Shown here one piece after another: positions 46,686-59,950 of a stretch of DNA of 64,000 nucleotides. The notes beneath the pieces were generated by a model. That model was not told the DNA's origin. It saw nothing but the letters and a program-made list of their open reading frames with translations, and ran no database searches. The stretch spans positions 8,184,001 through 8,248,000 of the forward strand of contig OZ076420.1 in assembly GCA_964187785.1 (NCBI GenBank), in the 5' to 3' direction. The position numbers and the translations under genes are program-made. Position 1 is the stretch's first letter. Every line of letters starts with the position of its first letter. Source of the stretch: Amphiscolops sp. MND2022. Lineage: Eukaryota.

Positions 46686-49600
46686 CGGTGCGGCACGGCA
46701 CCTGGTTCCACTCTACTGGGTGCTTGGCTATGGTACATCGACCAACGTCAGCTTTGTGTTTTGTTTAATGAACAAATCATCGAACCCGGTTAACTTCCTG
46801 TAGTTGTGACTCTGACTATGGTCCCGGTATGAGAGCCATCAACTCGGGATTTGTGCGCTTACGTTTTTCATGGTCTGAAAGGCCTTCCTCGGTAGGATCC
46901 GTAGACGACAAAAACTCAAATTCCGAGGAAGAAGTTATTTGCGTTGATTCATACACTTTATTACCAAAATCAACATGGTCGTTATTGACTTTAAGTTTGT
47001 TTTTGGATCATCCACATGTTGGGGTACAGCTTTAAATATCAGAGATACGGGTACCACGGTGTCCAAATGGGTTATGCCACGGATACGTTGCGGGTTGCTA
47101 GTGAAGTCCATCACGCTGATGAAGACGTGGCCTGGCTCACTGACAGTGCCAACGCAGTACTGTAAAAATACAACATTCTGTAGTGATGCATCCGCAATTG
47201 CGGTGTTCAACACTACGTTTTGAAACACTAGTGGTTCCAGGTGGGCAGTGACCACCTTGGCTTTGACAACTGTGAGTTCAAGAGGCTGCAGCACAAAATC
47301 GCGGTATAACGCGATCGGGACTGCTAAAGTGGAATCACCTACTAGGGTGCGAGCATGATGCCAGACTGGTTGAACGGGTGCACGAACCACAATTTTCATC
47401 AAGGTTAGGTCAACGAGGACTTGATAAGCTCGGAGGAAGTTACAGCCTAGCAAGAAGTTCTCGACTCCCATGGCGTCGTCTACCACGACAAAGTTCGTTT
47501 CCAACTCGTAGCCTCCTAACTGGAAGCGCACACTCTCCGTCTTTCCAAAAATTTTGATAGTATTGCCGTTTGTGGCATACAAGTTGATCTGGTACGGTTT
47601 CAGTACTGCTCCGGTTTAGACAGCAACTCTATTGAAGGCACAGAGTGTCAGAATAGACACTCTTCATCCTGTGTCAATCAGACCTGGCAGTGGGATTGGT
47701 GCCGCATGCGGCACTATGAATGACATGACGAGCGACGCACGCTCGTCTATTTGTGATTCACCAGTGGGTTCTTTGTGATTGATGTTATAGCATTTAATCT
47801 CTTGGGATCCCAGGCATATCGCCGGAGGGAAAATGTCAACCACAACGCAGGCTTCCATTTCCACGCCGTCCATTGTGGCGCAAATAGGCACTGGAGAATG
47901 TGTGGTCAAAGTGTCAGAATCTCCAGGAGTATACTATTCCTTTGGGCGAGGGAGATCCACTCGCTTGTATAGGATGGATGGTTCAGCCCATAATTAGGCC
48001 AGAGTCAATGTCGGGCCACGCAGCTGTTCAGCAGCCAACAGCAAGTGGATGGATAAAAGGGTCAAAGGTCGTTAGCTCCAAGCACGTTTGCACTTGCTTG
48101 GCACCACAAGTTATGGAGAGAGGCGTGTGGAAGGCTGGAGGTTCCGCGGGATGAAGCGTCAACACACAATCATCCTCTAGTGGCACGGTATGAGCAGCAG
48201 CACCTGCCGCCTCAACTTCCGCCCGTCGGCTGTAACCGAAAACGTCGCTCACAGGATTTTCCACACCTTGTAAAGCCACATGATCCACCAGACCGCAATT
48301 GACGCAAAGGCGAACGCCGGAGCGATTCTCTGCGATGCACTCTACGGAATCTTCAGGCTCTGGCATTGTGGCGGGTTTACGAGCCTCATCTCAGGTAGGA
48401 CAGTCTCAGGCGAAGTGACCTGTCTGTCCACTGTTAAGACAGGCACCTAGTGGCAAGCGTAGAGCAGGTGGCGCAGCCGGCGGGTTGGCGGGTGCATTGC
48501 TCGGAGGAGGTGGTGGTAACACTCCTTGTGGCGACACCATCTTGTTCGGCTGCTACGGTACGAAGGGATGAAGCCTCGACCTTATGACATAACGGGGATC
48601 ACGTGGTTGTGAAGGTTTCGGTCAGTTTCGTTGCAGTTGCCTTGTGGTGAACCGCAAGGATTCCACTGTGGGTGGGTCTCGGATGCATGGATGATGGAAC
48701 GTTCCCGTCGCAATGCAGCGTGGCGGACACCTTCAAGGAAGCGCTGGAGGATTTCATAACGCTTGGTGGTGATAGGCTCATCAGGGAATCCCTGACTACG
48801 CAGGCCTTCCAGAGCCTCTAAATACTGCAACCCAGTCTTCCTTTTCCGACTGTTGTCGAGTGGCAAAGGCTTGGCGCACTTGCATCCAATCACCTCAGGT
48901 TCCGAATCGACTGGCCATCAATTCGAAGACTTTTTCAGGCGTGTCCCGCTCGGACTCGGCCTTGCTGATGATGTAGTTGCGAGTTTCACCTTCCAAGTGA
49001 ATGATGATGCTCCAAGTTTTATCATCTGGAGTCGCTTAGGTTTGCGTGTGTTGCAGATAACGGCGCATGACTAGGATCCAGCCGTAAATGGAGCCTTCTG
49101 TGGATCCTCGGTAAACACTAGGCCGGGCTTGGGAGGGGTCACGGCCAGCTAGCAATGGAGCCAGTTCCTTTGACATAGCTTTGGATAAAGCAGTGGTGAA
49201 TCGCAGCTGTTCTGAGGAGAATACTTCCCCTTCGTCACTGGCTGCTGGGGATTTGTCCCGACTACTCTTGGTATCCTGCGTAGATAGATCTCCATTCAGT
49301 TGTTCTTTTTTGCGAGTACTACTGGCACAAGGGTTTGCCCTTGAGCACTCCTTGGCTAGCAGTTAGGAACATCGAGTCAGTTCCAGTAGTCCTTACCCTA
49401 GCGATAGCGCAGGTATCGTCATCCACGCTGCTGGTTTGGGATCCAGCTGTGGCCTTCGTGTCAGTAAAGTCAATGACTGACAAGGTGGTGGTCATTGGAT
49501 CTACTCCTCGATCTTGAGTTCCAGTGAGCGCCAGTTTGGGTGGCAGCTAAACGGTGCTCAGCGTATTTGGCGCACACATATGTACCTTAGTGTGACTCTT

Positions 49601-52600
49601 CGTTGCCTCGGGAGGCTTGGGTACTCTGGTCGCCGTTTTGGGGCTAGCCTTCAGTATCAAGGGCCGGTCAGGGGTGTGCGCAGGCACCACCTTACTACTG
49701 GACGTGGCATGTTCATCTGCTCTGAGTTGGTCTCTGTCATGGGTTGCAGTACTTAGCGTGTGCATCTTTATGTTGAGCTCAGCCACCTACACTTCCGTGC
49801 GAAGTTCGCGTTGAAGGAATAAATACTTCATTTCTTCTAGGCGATATCTCGTAGCATCCACTTTCGCAAATTGCGCTGTGTGTTGTTTATTAGTAGCCCT
49901 CAGTCTTTCCTTCACAGAGCTTTGCATGGCTTCAAACTCTGCGGGCATCGCCTTATGCTGCTCATTGCACTCGGCGCTGGTATCCGCGAAGCGAGCCAAG
50001 GCTCGCTGCGCCCCAGTTTCCTCCTGCAACATCGCGGTTTTAGCGGCTGCCGCTTTCTCCTCGGCACGATACGCCGATGATCGTCGCGAAGAGGCGATGG
50101 AGGTAGCGCCATCGCGAATTGATTGCACATTATCGCGGTCCAGTTCATCTTGCATACACAATGTTGGAGGGCGCACTTTCGTCTGCTTCCCGAGGGCACT
50201 CTCGGAACTCTCGCATCGGACTGAGTTCACTTCTTGTGTCGCATCAGTTCCTGTGGTTTCGGACGTGTAAGACTCGCACGCTTTAAGTGTAGTTGTTGAG
50301 CGGCGCGTAAGCAACTTGGCTAGGGTGTGGTTATCATTAACTACGTGGGTACGCGTACCGAGGCAAGTGGGGAATATTAGCAAGGAGTAGCATGTACAAC
50401 TGGGTACACCAGCGAAGCTCAAACTTCACACTCGCATGTGACTTACTGGGCCACCAGGGGTGTCCAGGGGACACCGGATCCTTAGCTAGGGTCTACGGAG
50501 TGTGTGCTACTGCCATTCGTTTCGGTGAGGTCCTAACTAAAATCAGTCTCTGCCCATCCCAGAAAACTCAAAATCACTTCTAGTGATCGTAGCGAGCTCA
50601 CAATCACTCCAGCAGTAGTTTCACACCCAAAAACTCAGAAAATTGGTTTGGTGTTACGCGTTCGTGGGGGCGAGCACGGGACGTTTACGATGATTTTTGA
50701 ATTTTCTCGAACAGTTCAAAAATACACAAGTAGCTCGTACTCGTCACTCAAAACTCGGATCCGGTTCAAATTCGGCCTGTCGTTCCTGCTGGAAAGTACG
50801 TACGTAGTGGTGAATGCCGATACGGTCTCTGAGGATGGTACACTAGTTCGCTTCGGTAAGGACGTGCGATACGCCTATGTCTCAGTAGCACCTAAATTGC
50901 ACACTTTTTGTACGATTTCCAAATATTGGTGTGAGTTAGCGGCTTGGTTTTCTTGCTAACAGTGCACCAAATAGTACCAATCACGTTAGTAGGCAGCAAT
51001 TTGTTCCCACTTATCAGCTAAGGTAATCAGGCACTTCCAAAAAAATTCAAAAAATTCTCCTTTTTGCAACACTTTTTGTGCAAAACGTTTTCCACAATTT
51101 CTCAACAAGTACTGCACCGATCGGCACGAAACTTAGTAGGCGCTGCCAGTAAGCACCCACAATACTGGGTCAACGGTCCGATGAAAGGCCGCGAGCTTTT
51201 CCAGGATTTTGACTTGGTAGGGACACTATCTTAGCAAAAACCGTCTTTTTTGACACTTTTTTCACAAATTGGCTAGGCGGGTCGACACTACAAAGGTTAC
51301 GGCAGGCAAAATAAGGTCAATGTGTTGCGCCACTGGTCACAGCACTGCCACAAGCCCTAAATCAGTTATGCCTAATAGGTAAGAATTTCTGTCAGTCTCG
51401 CAGTTTTGGCTTTTTTTGGCAAGTTTGACACTTTCTGAAGTCAAAACGTCAGAGAGTTTTTATCAAATTTGGCTGTCGCTAGGCTCACTAAATTTTTGGC
51501 ACAAGGGTTTGTTTTGGTGGTAGTTACGAAAATGCAACCGTTCAATGACCCGGCCTCAACTTTGGGACACTCCGGTTTCTGGATAACCGACCAATTTAAG
51601 TGCGTTTTTCCACATTTCACTGAACCAAATGCCAGTTTTTACATGCGGTTTTTTCCACTGCACGTTAGTTTTACTACTAAAACAGAAGATGAGAGCTCAC
51701 GAGCTCTCTCGGGCAATTTAGGGTTTGCTCTGTAGAGATTTTAACTATGTACTCCACTGGGCCCAAAACAGTCAAAATTACAAGATTTCTGTTTATCCAC
51801 AGTTTCGGGAGCGGCTAAACGTGTTACAAAAAATATTCCCAGTGCCCTATGGTTGTGTGTTGCTCGAGAAACGACTTTACAACGTTTCCCCAGTCTTTTA
51901 CGCCTGTCTGCACCTGTGGTTTTAGGCGAATTTTTGCCCTTTTCTCCATTTTTTGCACTTTTTTCACCACAAATTACGTCTTTTTTATCTAAAGGAGTCG
52001 CGGGAACGACCAACATTTATTTTTTCCGACTTCTTCAGAGCTTGAGGCTGCTTTCTTCCCAAATTTTGCACCTCTACGTTGGACTTACGGAGCACTCGTG
52101 CTCCAACCAAAAAAATAGCTATTTTTGCGAAAACTCTGTTTTCTTCGCTCAAACGCGTTCCATAAGGTGTCGTTACATTGCAAAAAATGTCACTAACCTG
52201 CACCAACGATTCCCCACAAAAGATGTGCAAATTCAAATGTTTCACGAACCATGACACATCTGAGCGACATTTCTCAACACCACGCAATTTCTCAACACCC
52301 AGACCAGCTAGAGACTTGCAATTTGAACCATTAGCATCGTCAGCGCTTGCAATTGCTGCCCACCAAATTTCGTCCCTCTCGGACATCTCCTCGAGAAACG
52401 GGAAACAGCGAATCATGAACCAACATCGGAAAACACTCCTTTTCGCCCCTCCGTCGCTCCGTTGGAGTATGGCTTTTCCTCCATCGGCGGCTGTCTTGCA
52501 TAGCTCAAAAAGCTGCAAATAGCTGAAAGTACCTGTTAAACACCCGTAGCCACGTGCTACGGTAACTACGATCTACAAAACAAATACCTGCTGATAGATT

Positions 52601-53139
52601 ACCACATCACAACATCATAAAATATGCATTTACTGGTTTTTCAACATGAAAAGGCCATTATTACACCGGAAACTTGCTTTTTCCGGGTTTTTCTGGGACC
52701 TTTTCGTTCCAACCTCCAGGAATGCTTGCTGTTGTTAACAAAGAGGCAAACTCTGGCTTATCCAACAGAGCCGAAACTGTCATGGCGCTGGATACCGGTG
52801 GGCCAGATTTTTAAGAACAATGCAAGAAAGCTTCTCAAAGACGATCCCTCTGTGGTCGCCAAAAAATATTGATGTTCCATGTAACGGCAAGCGCTAAGTG
52901 ATTGTATCGTAACATTGGAGTGGAGGAACTAGTAGCATGGATATGGTCCGGGACAAACCACCATGATATCGGCTCACTTTGTCCTCCTAAGCATAGCCGG
53001 TCTCGAGGAGGGGGAACCGTCTCTGGAGATGCTCTCTGGCCTAATACCAGTCTGTAACTGCTAGGAATCACAGGAGTTGTGCTTTTTTCTCACAACCACT
53101 GTGCAGACAACTCATAAAAACAACAAGGTAGTGTAAAAC
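46685..53139 (-). mobile_element. Family B copy 2 (inverted): long 5' region, gag with two zinc knuckles, protease, dUTPase-like relic, broken at the RT lead-in
   Basis: Knuckles CLNSGQTGHFA*DC and CVNCGLVDHVA; protease LIDTG and FLLGCNFL; RT lead-in KHKADVGRCTIAKHPV..EPGAVPHRE at ~46770-46685. Confidence 0.85.
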
Positions 53140-53270
53140 NNNNNNNNNNNNNNNNNNNNNNNNNNNNNNNNNNNNNNNNNNNNNNNNNNNNNNNNNNNNN
53201 NNNNNNNNNNNNNNNNNNNNNNNNNNNNNNNNNNNNNNNNNNNNNNNNNNNNNNNNNNNNNNNNNNNNNN
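53140..53270. other. Assembly gap (131 N)
   Basis: Run of N. Confidence 1.
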
Positions 53271-53299
53271 AAGGAGGGAGGATTAGTCTTTTAATGGTT

Positions 53300-53520
53300 C
53301 CAGTATTGTGTTCATCTTGTTTTTCTGTTCATCGGTTCCGTTTTATACTCGGCACGGGTTGTTTGATACAACGCTTCAGGTCCTACTTCCCAGATGAAAT
53401 CTTCCTGGATGAGGTGTTCTTTTCCGGTCCACCTGGTTTCCGTGATGTCTTCTCCTTTTATCAGTGGTGCGATACCTTATTTATGTTCTCGTTTAGTAAA
53501 CTGCCGGAATCGTTCTAACC
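53300..53520 (-). mobile_element. Gypsy-type gag N-terminal fragment
   Basis: The minus strand reads ERFRQFTKREHK*GIAPLIKGEDIT...QEDFIWEVGPEALYQTTRAEY; gag-like by pattern only. Confidence 0.45.
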
Positions 53521-54499
53521 ACTGTCACGGTGTGAATTTCGCGTTTCCGTGCTTCTACGTCCGGTAGTGTATTTTTTTCTGTCATGGTTCTAGTTTTTTA
53601 AGAAGGTTTCATTAGAAAAATGGTCGAGCTGGCGGTTACCCAAAATCAGTCTGGAAGACGTATCAAAAACACCAAACACAGAAGACACACCGAGAAGACA
53701 CCCGATGAGCGTAGACAACTCCGAAAAACAATCAAAACGCCCCGTGTTGGTCTTGCTCGTGCCGGAAATCGCTCTTTTGCAACAGCATCAGAAGAAGTAC
53801 TTTGGAAACGGTGTAACTCAACAGCAGGAAAAGGCATTTTCTGCATGTACTGCTTCCGACTGGCAACTCAATGACTAGCTGAGACTGTATGTCGATCTTT
53901 TTGGCCCATTTCAGTGTAATTGTTGAAACTTTCAGATATTTGGAAATTTATGATCTGCTACATTAATTATGGTCATCACATATACCCCATAAAATGTACT
54001 TCAGCTAGTTGCCATCTTTAGACCTCAGGAGTAAGTTGGAAGTCTCGGCAACGCTAGGATCCGTTATTACGTGCTTGTGGGGGGACGTTTCCGGACATTC
54101 ATGACGCCAGCACGTTGCCTCAAAGCTCTGAAAAAGTAGTGTTCTCGCCGTTAGAAATGTCCCCCACGAGAACACTTCTGGGAACAAGACTGAGGTCTAG
54201 GCTAATGAACAGACTACAGTTTAGTGTCCAGGCAACCAGGTCATTGTCCCGGCTCAAGCATGTGTTCCTTTTGCAGGAGTTTCTATGAGTGACTAATCGA
54301 AGGCTTGAGACCTCACAAAAAAGTGTTTGTATGCTCTATCTGCTGAAGACCAAGCTAATTGAAGTCAAGGAGCTACACGCGACCAGCACATTAACTTTTG
54401 TAGACTTTGACTTTCGAGGTATTGGACTCACTCTGCGAAAAGAGCTCACTGATGACAACTTTGATGCTGGGATCAGAACAATTGGTCACTAGAACGGAA

Positions 54500-54526
54500 G
54501 GGTTAGGGTTAGGGTTAGGGTTAGGG
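54500..54526 (+). repeat. Short interstitial telomeric repeat GGG(TTAGGG)4
   Basis: Four perfect TTAGGG units at 54503-54526. Confidence 0.95.
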
Positions 54527-55949
54527 TCGCCAGAAAAAAAACAAGAGACGACATTCTGAAAAATTGGATATCGTCCACAAAAAGCTGCAACAATTAGTAC
54601 AGCAACTATTTTGTCGAATGTTTTTTATTCTTAAGTTCCAAAAGCCTCTCATACCAACCCCCTAGACAGAGTGGCGAAAAGTATCTGTTCCGACAACTGC
54701 CGGAAAGAAATATGATAATTACTCTCAAAAATGATTCTAAATTGCAAAGTAGAGCTGGAAGCATATGCTTACAAACAATGGCTAAAAGAATCACCCCTCT
54801 CCAGATGCAAAAAGTAAGTCGAGTCGCCTGATTCTCTTGTTTTCTCACTTCTCATTTTTTGCCTTCGCGCCACGCCTCTTCCGACACTGAACATATACAA
54901 GCATGAAGAGATATAGAACAAGACCGGAACGTAGAGTCGGCACTATAATTACGGCTCAAAAAGCACAGTTTTCAAAGTATGTCTGGGACCGTTTCACGAA
55001 CAACATGTTTTCAACAACAACATGTTTTGGAACCTCCGCTTCCTCTTTAAGAAAACGCTATTTAGTTCGGATATAACGTCAAAAGTTTATACATAAGTCA
55101 AATATTGCGAAAGTAAACACTTTTCAATTCAAAGTCGAACAATCAGATTTAGCCCTCCACTTTGGATATTACGAAAGTAAAAAGTAAATAAATATATTAA
55201 AAGTGAAAAATGAAAGGGGGACTCGTCGTACGAAGCTTCCGCTTGCCGGACATGGTAGTTTCTGTAAAAAGTGGACATTTCAGTGTGAGGTTTATGGTCT
55301 GGAGAAAAGAGGTCACTTTAAAAATCGGGCATTTTTGCTTCACAAAAAGCGCCCACTAAAACTAAACAAGAGTCAAAATTATCAAAACTATAGGCAGATT
55401 CGAGAAGCAAGTTGAATGAAAAAACACAGTATGCTACCAGACGGAATATACAGATATGTGAAACAACAAAGTGTAACGGCAATCACCGGTGAACGAAATT
55501 TTCAACGTGTACCAAAAAGTCGTTCAAACTTGATTTAAGCATCTTAAGCATGTTTTGACGTAGTACCTTCCCGCAGAAAGCAGAGTAAAAAGAGACAGAG
55601 CCGCGCCGTAGAGAAAAAGCAGCAAAATAACTACTGAAACGTGCCAAACCACGGCGTTCGCCAAAGAACCTGAAATTGACGTTACTTTTGGTAGCAGAAC
55701 CGGTATCCTGTATCCATGATGGCTGCTTGAGGTATTCACCCGTGCCCGGAGTTGTGCCCGGCTCAAGCGCTGACGTGCCGATGATATGGATTTCGATTGA
55801 AACTGACTGAATTATCGTAATTTTTATACTAAGTGGTGTCTTTCGATTGATATGCTCGAGAGCTGTTGTTTTTTTTGGATTTTACAATTAACTTGGTTTA
55901 TCGATTACCATTCTGGAGTAAATTTGGTAATCCCACAACCCGGTTTTCA

Positions 55950-58900
55950 CAAGCTATTCCTGCGGTGGTAATGAAGCCCAGCATAATACACGCAACCAAA
56001 AGCAGTTATAGGACTCAGGCCGGAGAGTGCCCTCTGAGACGGTTCCCTCTCCTCGGGACCGCCACCCCTAAGGAGGCAAAATGTGCTAATGCTATAGTAA
56101 TTTGTCCCGAATCTAAATCCATGGTATTGCTTCCTCCACCTCTTTTTCTGGCTAAACGCTCAGCGCTTATCTTTACATGAGAACACTCTTTTGGCGACCA
56201 CTGAGTGACCGTCTGGAAACGCTTTCCTGTATGGGTTTCGAACATTTTGGCCCTCCGGTACCCAAAGACAACACAACTTCGACTCTGTAGAGCAAAGGAA
56301 AGACAGAGTTTGACTTAATGTTTATTGACAGTGTGTGTTCTTGGGAGTTGGAGCTGAATGAATCCTCGAAAACCCTAAAAAGACCGTTATCAGGTGTTTA
56401 AATGGCTTTTCCAGAGATTAAACCATTTAATGTATGCTCTGTGTATGTTAACCAATCAGTGGGTATGTCTTTTCCAGGTAACAGTGATAGTAGCTCGTTG
56501 CTACTGCTGTTTAACAGATTGTTGTAGCTTTTTTCAGCTTCTTGAGCTTTGCAAGGGTGTAGCAGGCGGGTGGAGCATTAAAGTCCATCTGAGCGAGAAA
56601 GGGGCGAAAACGAGTGTTGCAGATTGTTTCCTCCTGTTTCTCAAGAAGACGTCCGAGAGGGATGATTTTTAGTGGACAGCAAGTGCAGGTGCTGACGCTG
56701 CTAATGGTTCAAACCGTTTGTCTCTGGTCTAGATGTGGAGAAGAAGCGTGGTGAAGAAGCAGCCCCCTTGACCAGAAGCGTCGCTCACATAGGTCATGGC
56801 TAGCAAAACTTTTGGAAATTGAACATTTTTTATAGAGAATCGATGGTGCAGGTCAGCACCACTTTTTCACGATGTAACGAGAAAAGCTCTGTGACGTTTA
56901 CACATCAGAAAGAGCTAAAATAGTCCAAAAAGCCAAACCTACAAGACTGATGTTGTCCTACAACTAATGGCACGGCTAATTGAGGCTTTATGACAGTGCT
57001 GTGGCTAATGGCGAACACGTTGGCCCTATTTTAACTGACGTAGCATTCCTAGAAGTGACCTTCGTAGCCTAATTGTGAAAAAAGTGATCAGAAGGACTGT
57101 TATTTCAAGAATAGTGTCTGTACCTCCTCGAAACCCTAGGTAAGCTATCGAGCTTCCATCCGACCCTCGTAACAGCATAATCGGTGCCCACTGGCAGCGC
57201 CCACATAGTTTGGTGACAATTGAAACAGCTGCTGTTGAGAGATTAACGCAAACAGACCGCACAAAAAGGTAAGCAAAAAGTCGATTTTTTCAATTTTTTG
57301 GAATTGGCTGATCACTTTAGCCAAAGGGTGGGATCAAATGGCTGTCCATTGTGGTAATCTGTGCTGGTTGTTTTTTTACTGAAAAGACGAGATTCCTAGC
57401 GTGTAAAGTTATTTGAAAAAACTGAAATAAGAGTGAAAACCGGGTCCTACTGAAACATAAGGGTACCGCACGTCTGTAGAAAGTTGAAATTATGTACAAG
57501 CCTCGGAACCCAAATTAGAGCTTGATTCCGTGCACCTGTGCACATGCAGGGTTCTCTGGTCAATTTGGAGCCAGATGCGACTCTTCTGTGATGAACACGG
57601 GCCACTTACGTTTTTTATACCATCTGAGAACTTTAGAAAATCGTCTCCTTTCCGTCTTAAGGATTGTGTTGCTTCAAACTGAATTCAATTTCGGTAACAA
57701 CAACCTTACTGAGTTTTTATGACCCTTGGAAGTGATTTTGACAAATTCGAGACGTGCATATTGTAACTTTGGCTTAAGATTCTATCGAGACGACTCAAGG
57801 TCAAGAAACCTATTGGCGCCTTTGACAGCACCATCAATTGTTCTAAGATTTTTCAAGCGTTCCCGTGAGCACGAATTAGTTGTTCAAGGTTCGCTGCTGG
57901 GCTGGAAATGGTGTAAATGATACCGAATTGAGCTTATCGGTACTTATAGTGGTGATCAGCTGGCTAATTGTCATCATCAGCCTTTTTAGAGGTGGCAAAA
58001 ATGTTATGGGCGGGTGCTGTGTATCGGCTTCGCTACCTGCTGAAGCGTGGTAGAAGTGGTAGTTCAACTTTGACCGAATCTGTAACACTGGAAACGACTG
58101 AAGACGGATTATGTGAGTTGAGCTCCATGCAGCCTGAAAGTTCCGGTAGCAAAGGCGACCTGATTCTACAGGAATGGCCGTCTGTGAACTCTTTAGTGAG
58201 TGGTACACTTTTTTCGGAAGCAATTCCTAATCGAGTAACAACCGAACAACAGGGAAAAAGGAGCAGGCGGTCAAGTCCCCTGACAGGGGCTGTTGGCCAG
58301 TCTCCGAGGAAATGATACGACCGGAGCAATGGATCCAGCAAATGCGGGACAGGCGAAATCCGTCTCACCGCGCTAAGCTATTCTGGCCCAAATATAACGT
58401 GACCGCTGATCAGGAGGCTGAAGGCTGCTCGCTAGCACCCGACGGGGCTAGCAGTCCAGGCAGCAATGACACTGATGCCATATTGCGAAGCATGACGTAC
58501 GTGGTTGGTATGAAATATCCGAAATACCGCCTAGAGGAAAGGCAGTCGACCGAAGGCATTCGCACAGCACAAGAATGTTCGACCGAAGGCATTCGCACAG
58601 CACAAGAATGTTCGACCAACCACATTGTAAGTGCGAAATGAAATGGAAGGCGATAGTGCGCCCCCCCTGCGTGGGACGGCTCTGTATCTGTAGATTTTTC
58701 CCGACGATCTTCGAGTTGTCGAGTCGTGGAGAAAGCTGCGGCGGCTAGAACCACCATGTTAGCGGTTGAAGTCGAAGCAAAACGGGCATTAGAACGACTA
58801 GCTGACAAGTGCTGAGTGTGGCAAGCAGCATAAAGCGATCGCCGCTGGATATGAGGCAGTGCAAAGCGCTGTGAGAGTCTGACATCAGCCTGCGCTCTAG

Positions 58901-59950
58901 CAGTCAATAGCTAACTGTGCAATCCGCAAAAGTGGATGCTATGGGTTATCGGCTATGAGAAATGAAAGAAATGTTACTCGTGCGTGAACTGCGCAAGAAA
59001 GTGTAGATGACTGAGCTTAACTATCAGATGATGCATTGAGTGCAGCAGCGTGAGGAGAGAAGTCTGAACCAGATGTATCCACAGCAGATTTTTCTAAGAC
59101 TATCACTAAGTCTCAAAAACCGCCAAAAGTGATCGGTAGCAATTGTGTGCACCTAGTAGTTCTAGCACGACGCTATTGCCTTCGCAAACCACTTTGCTGT
59201 TGCGTACCCAAGATAGAGGAGTGGAACCTATCACTTTGGATTCGACTACCCTGGACCTACCCGAAACAAAAGCTACTGCTGGGTCCCATGCTAGCAGTGC
59301 GGAGGATAGCGCCTTTGCTATTGCTCAAGCGAAGGTGGTTGAGGCAAGTTCTTTGTGTCTTACTACAGATGATGCGATACCCCTCTTAGAAGAGATCCAC
59401 TTGGTCACCTTGAAGGTGAGGCTCGAAACTACCTTAATATTAGGGCTGAATTATCGCGCGATACACTCGAGAAGGTCTTCGAACTGTTGGCAAGTCAGTT
59501 CGGCACTGGAGGTAACCGGATGCAAGTGCGGCAAGCCTTCATAACCCGATGCAAGTTGGTAAAAAAGACTGGAAGCTGTATTTGGATGCTCTGGAAGGCC
59601 TGCGAATTCAAAGATTTCCTGATGAGCCTATCACTACCAAAACGTTACGAAATCCTGCAGCGGTTCATTGAAAATCCCGTGATCCCACTCTACGACAAGA
59701 ACTGGCTATTATTTATGCTTCCGGAGCCCCTGTGTCTGACCTGCCTACGGTGGAATCTTTGAGATTTACAACCCGTCGGTTGCAACAATATCGCCCAAGA
59801 CAGTCACAACCCTATGATCCTCGTTGAGCAATGAGATCAAGACCTCATCCTTTTGCCCCATTGCCACCTGACAAGCTTGTAATCCCGCAAGGGGCGTTGC
59901 CACCTCCTCCTGCACCCAACAATGCACCAGCGACTTCCTCAGCTGCACCA
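55950..59950 (+). mobile_element. Family B copy 3: long 5' region and decayed gag, truncated before the protease
   Basis: 56010-56070 matches the reverse complement of ~52990-53050, 56870-57300 matches 38490-38950, and the gag motifs (MQVRQAF, KRYEILQRF) are shared. Confidence 0.8.
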
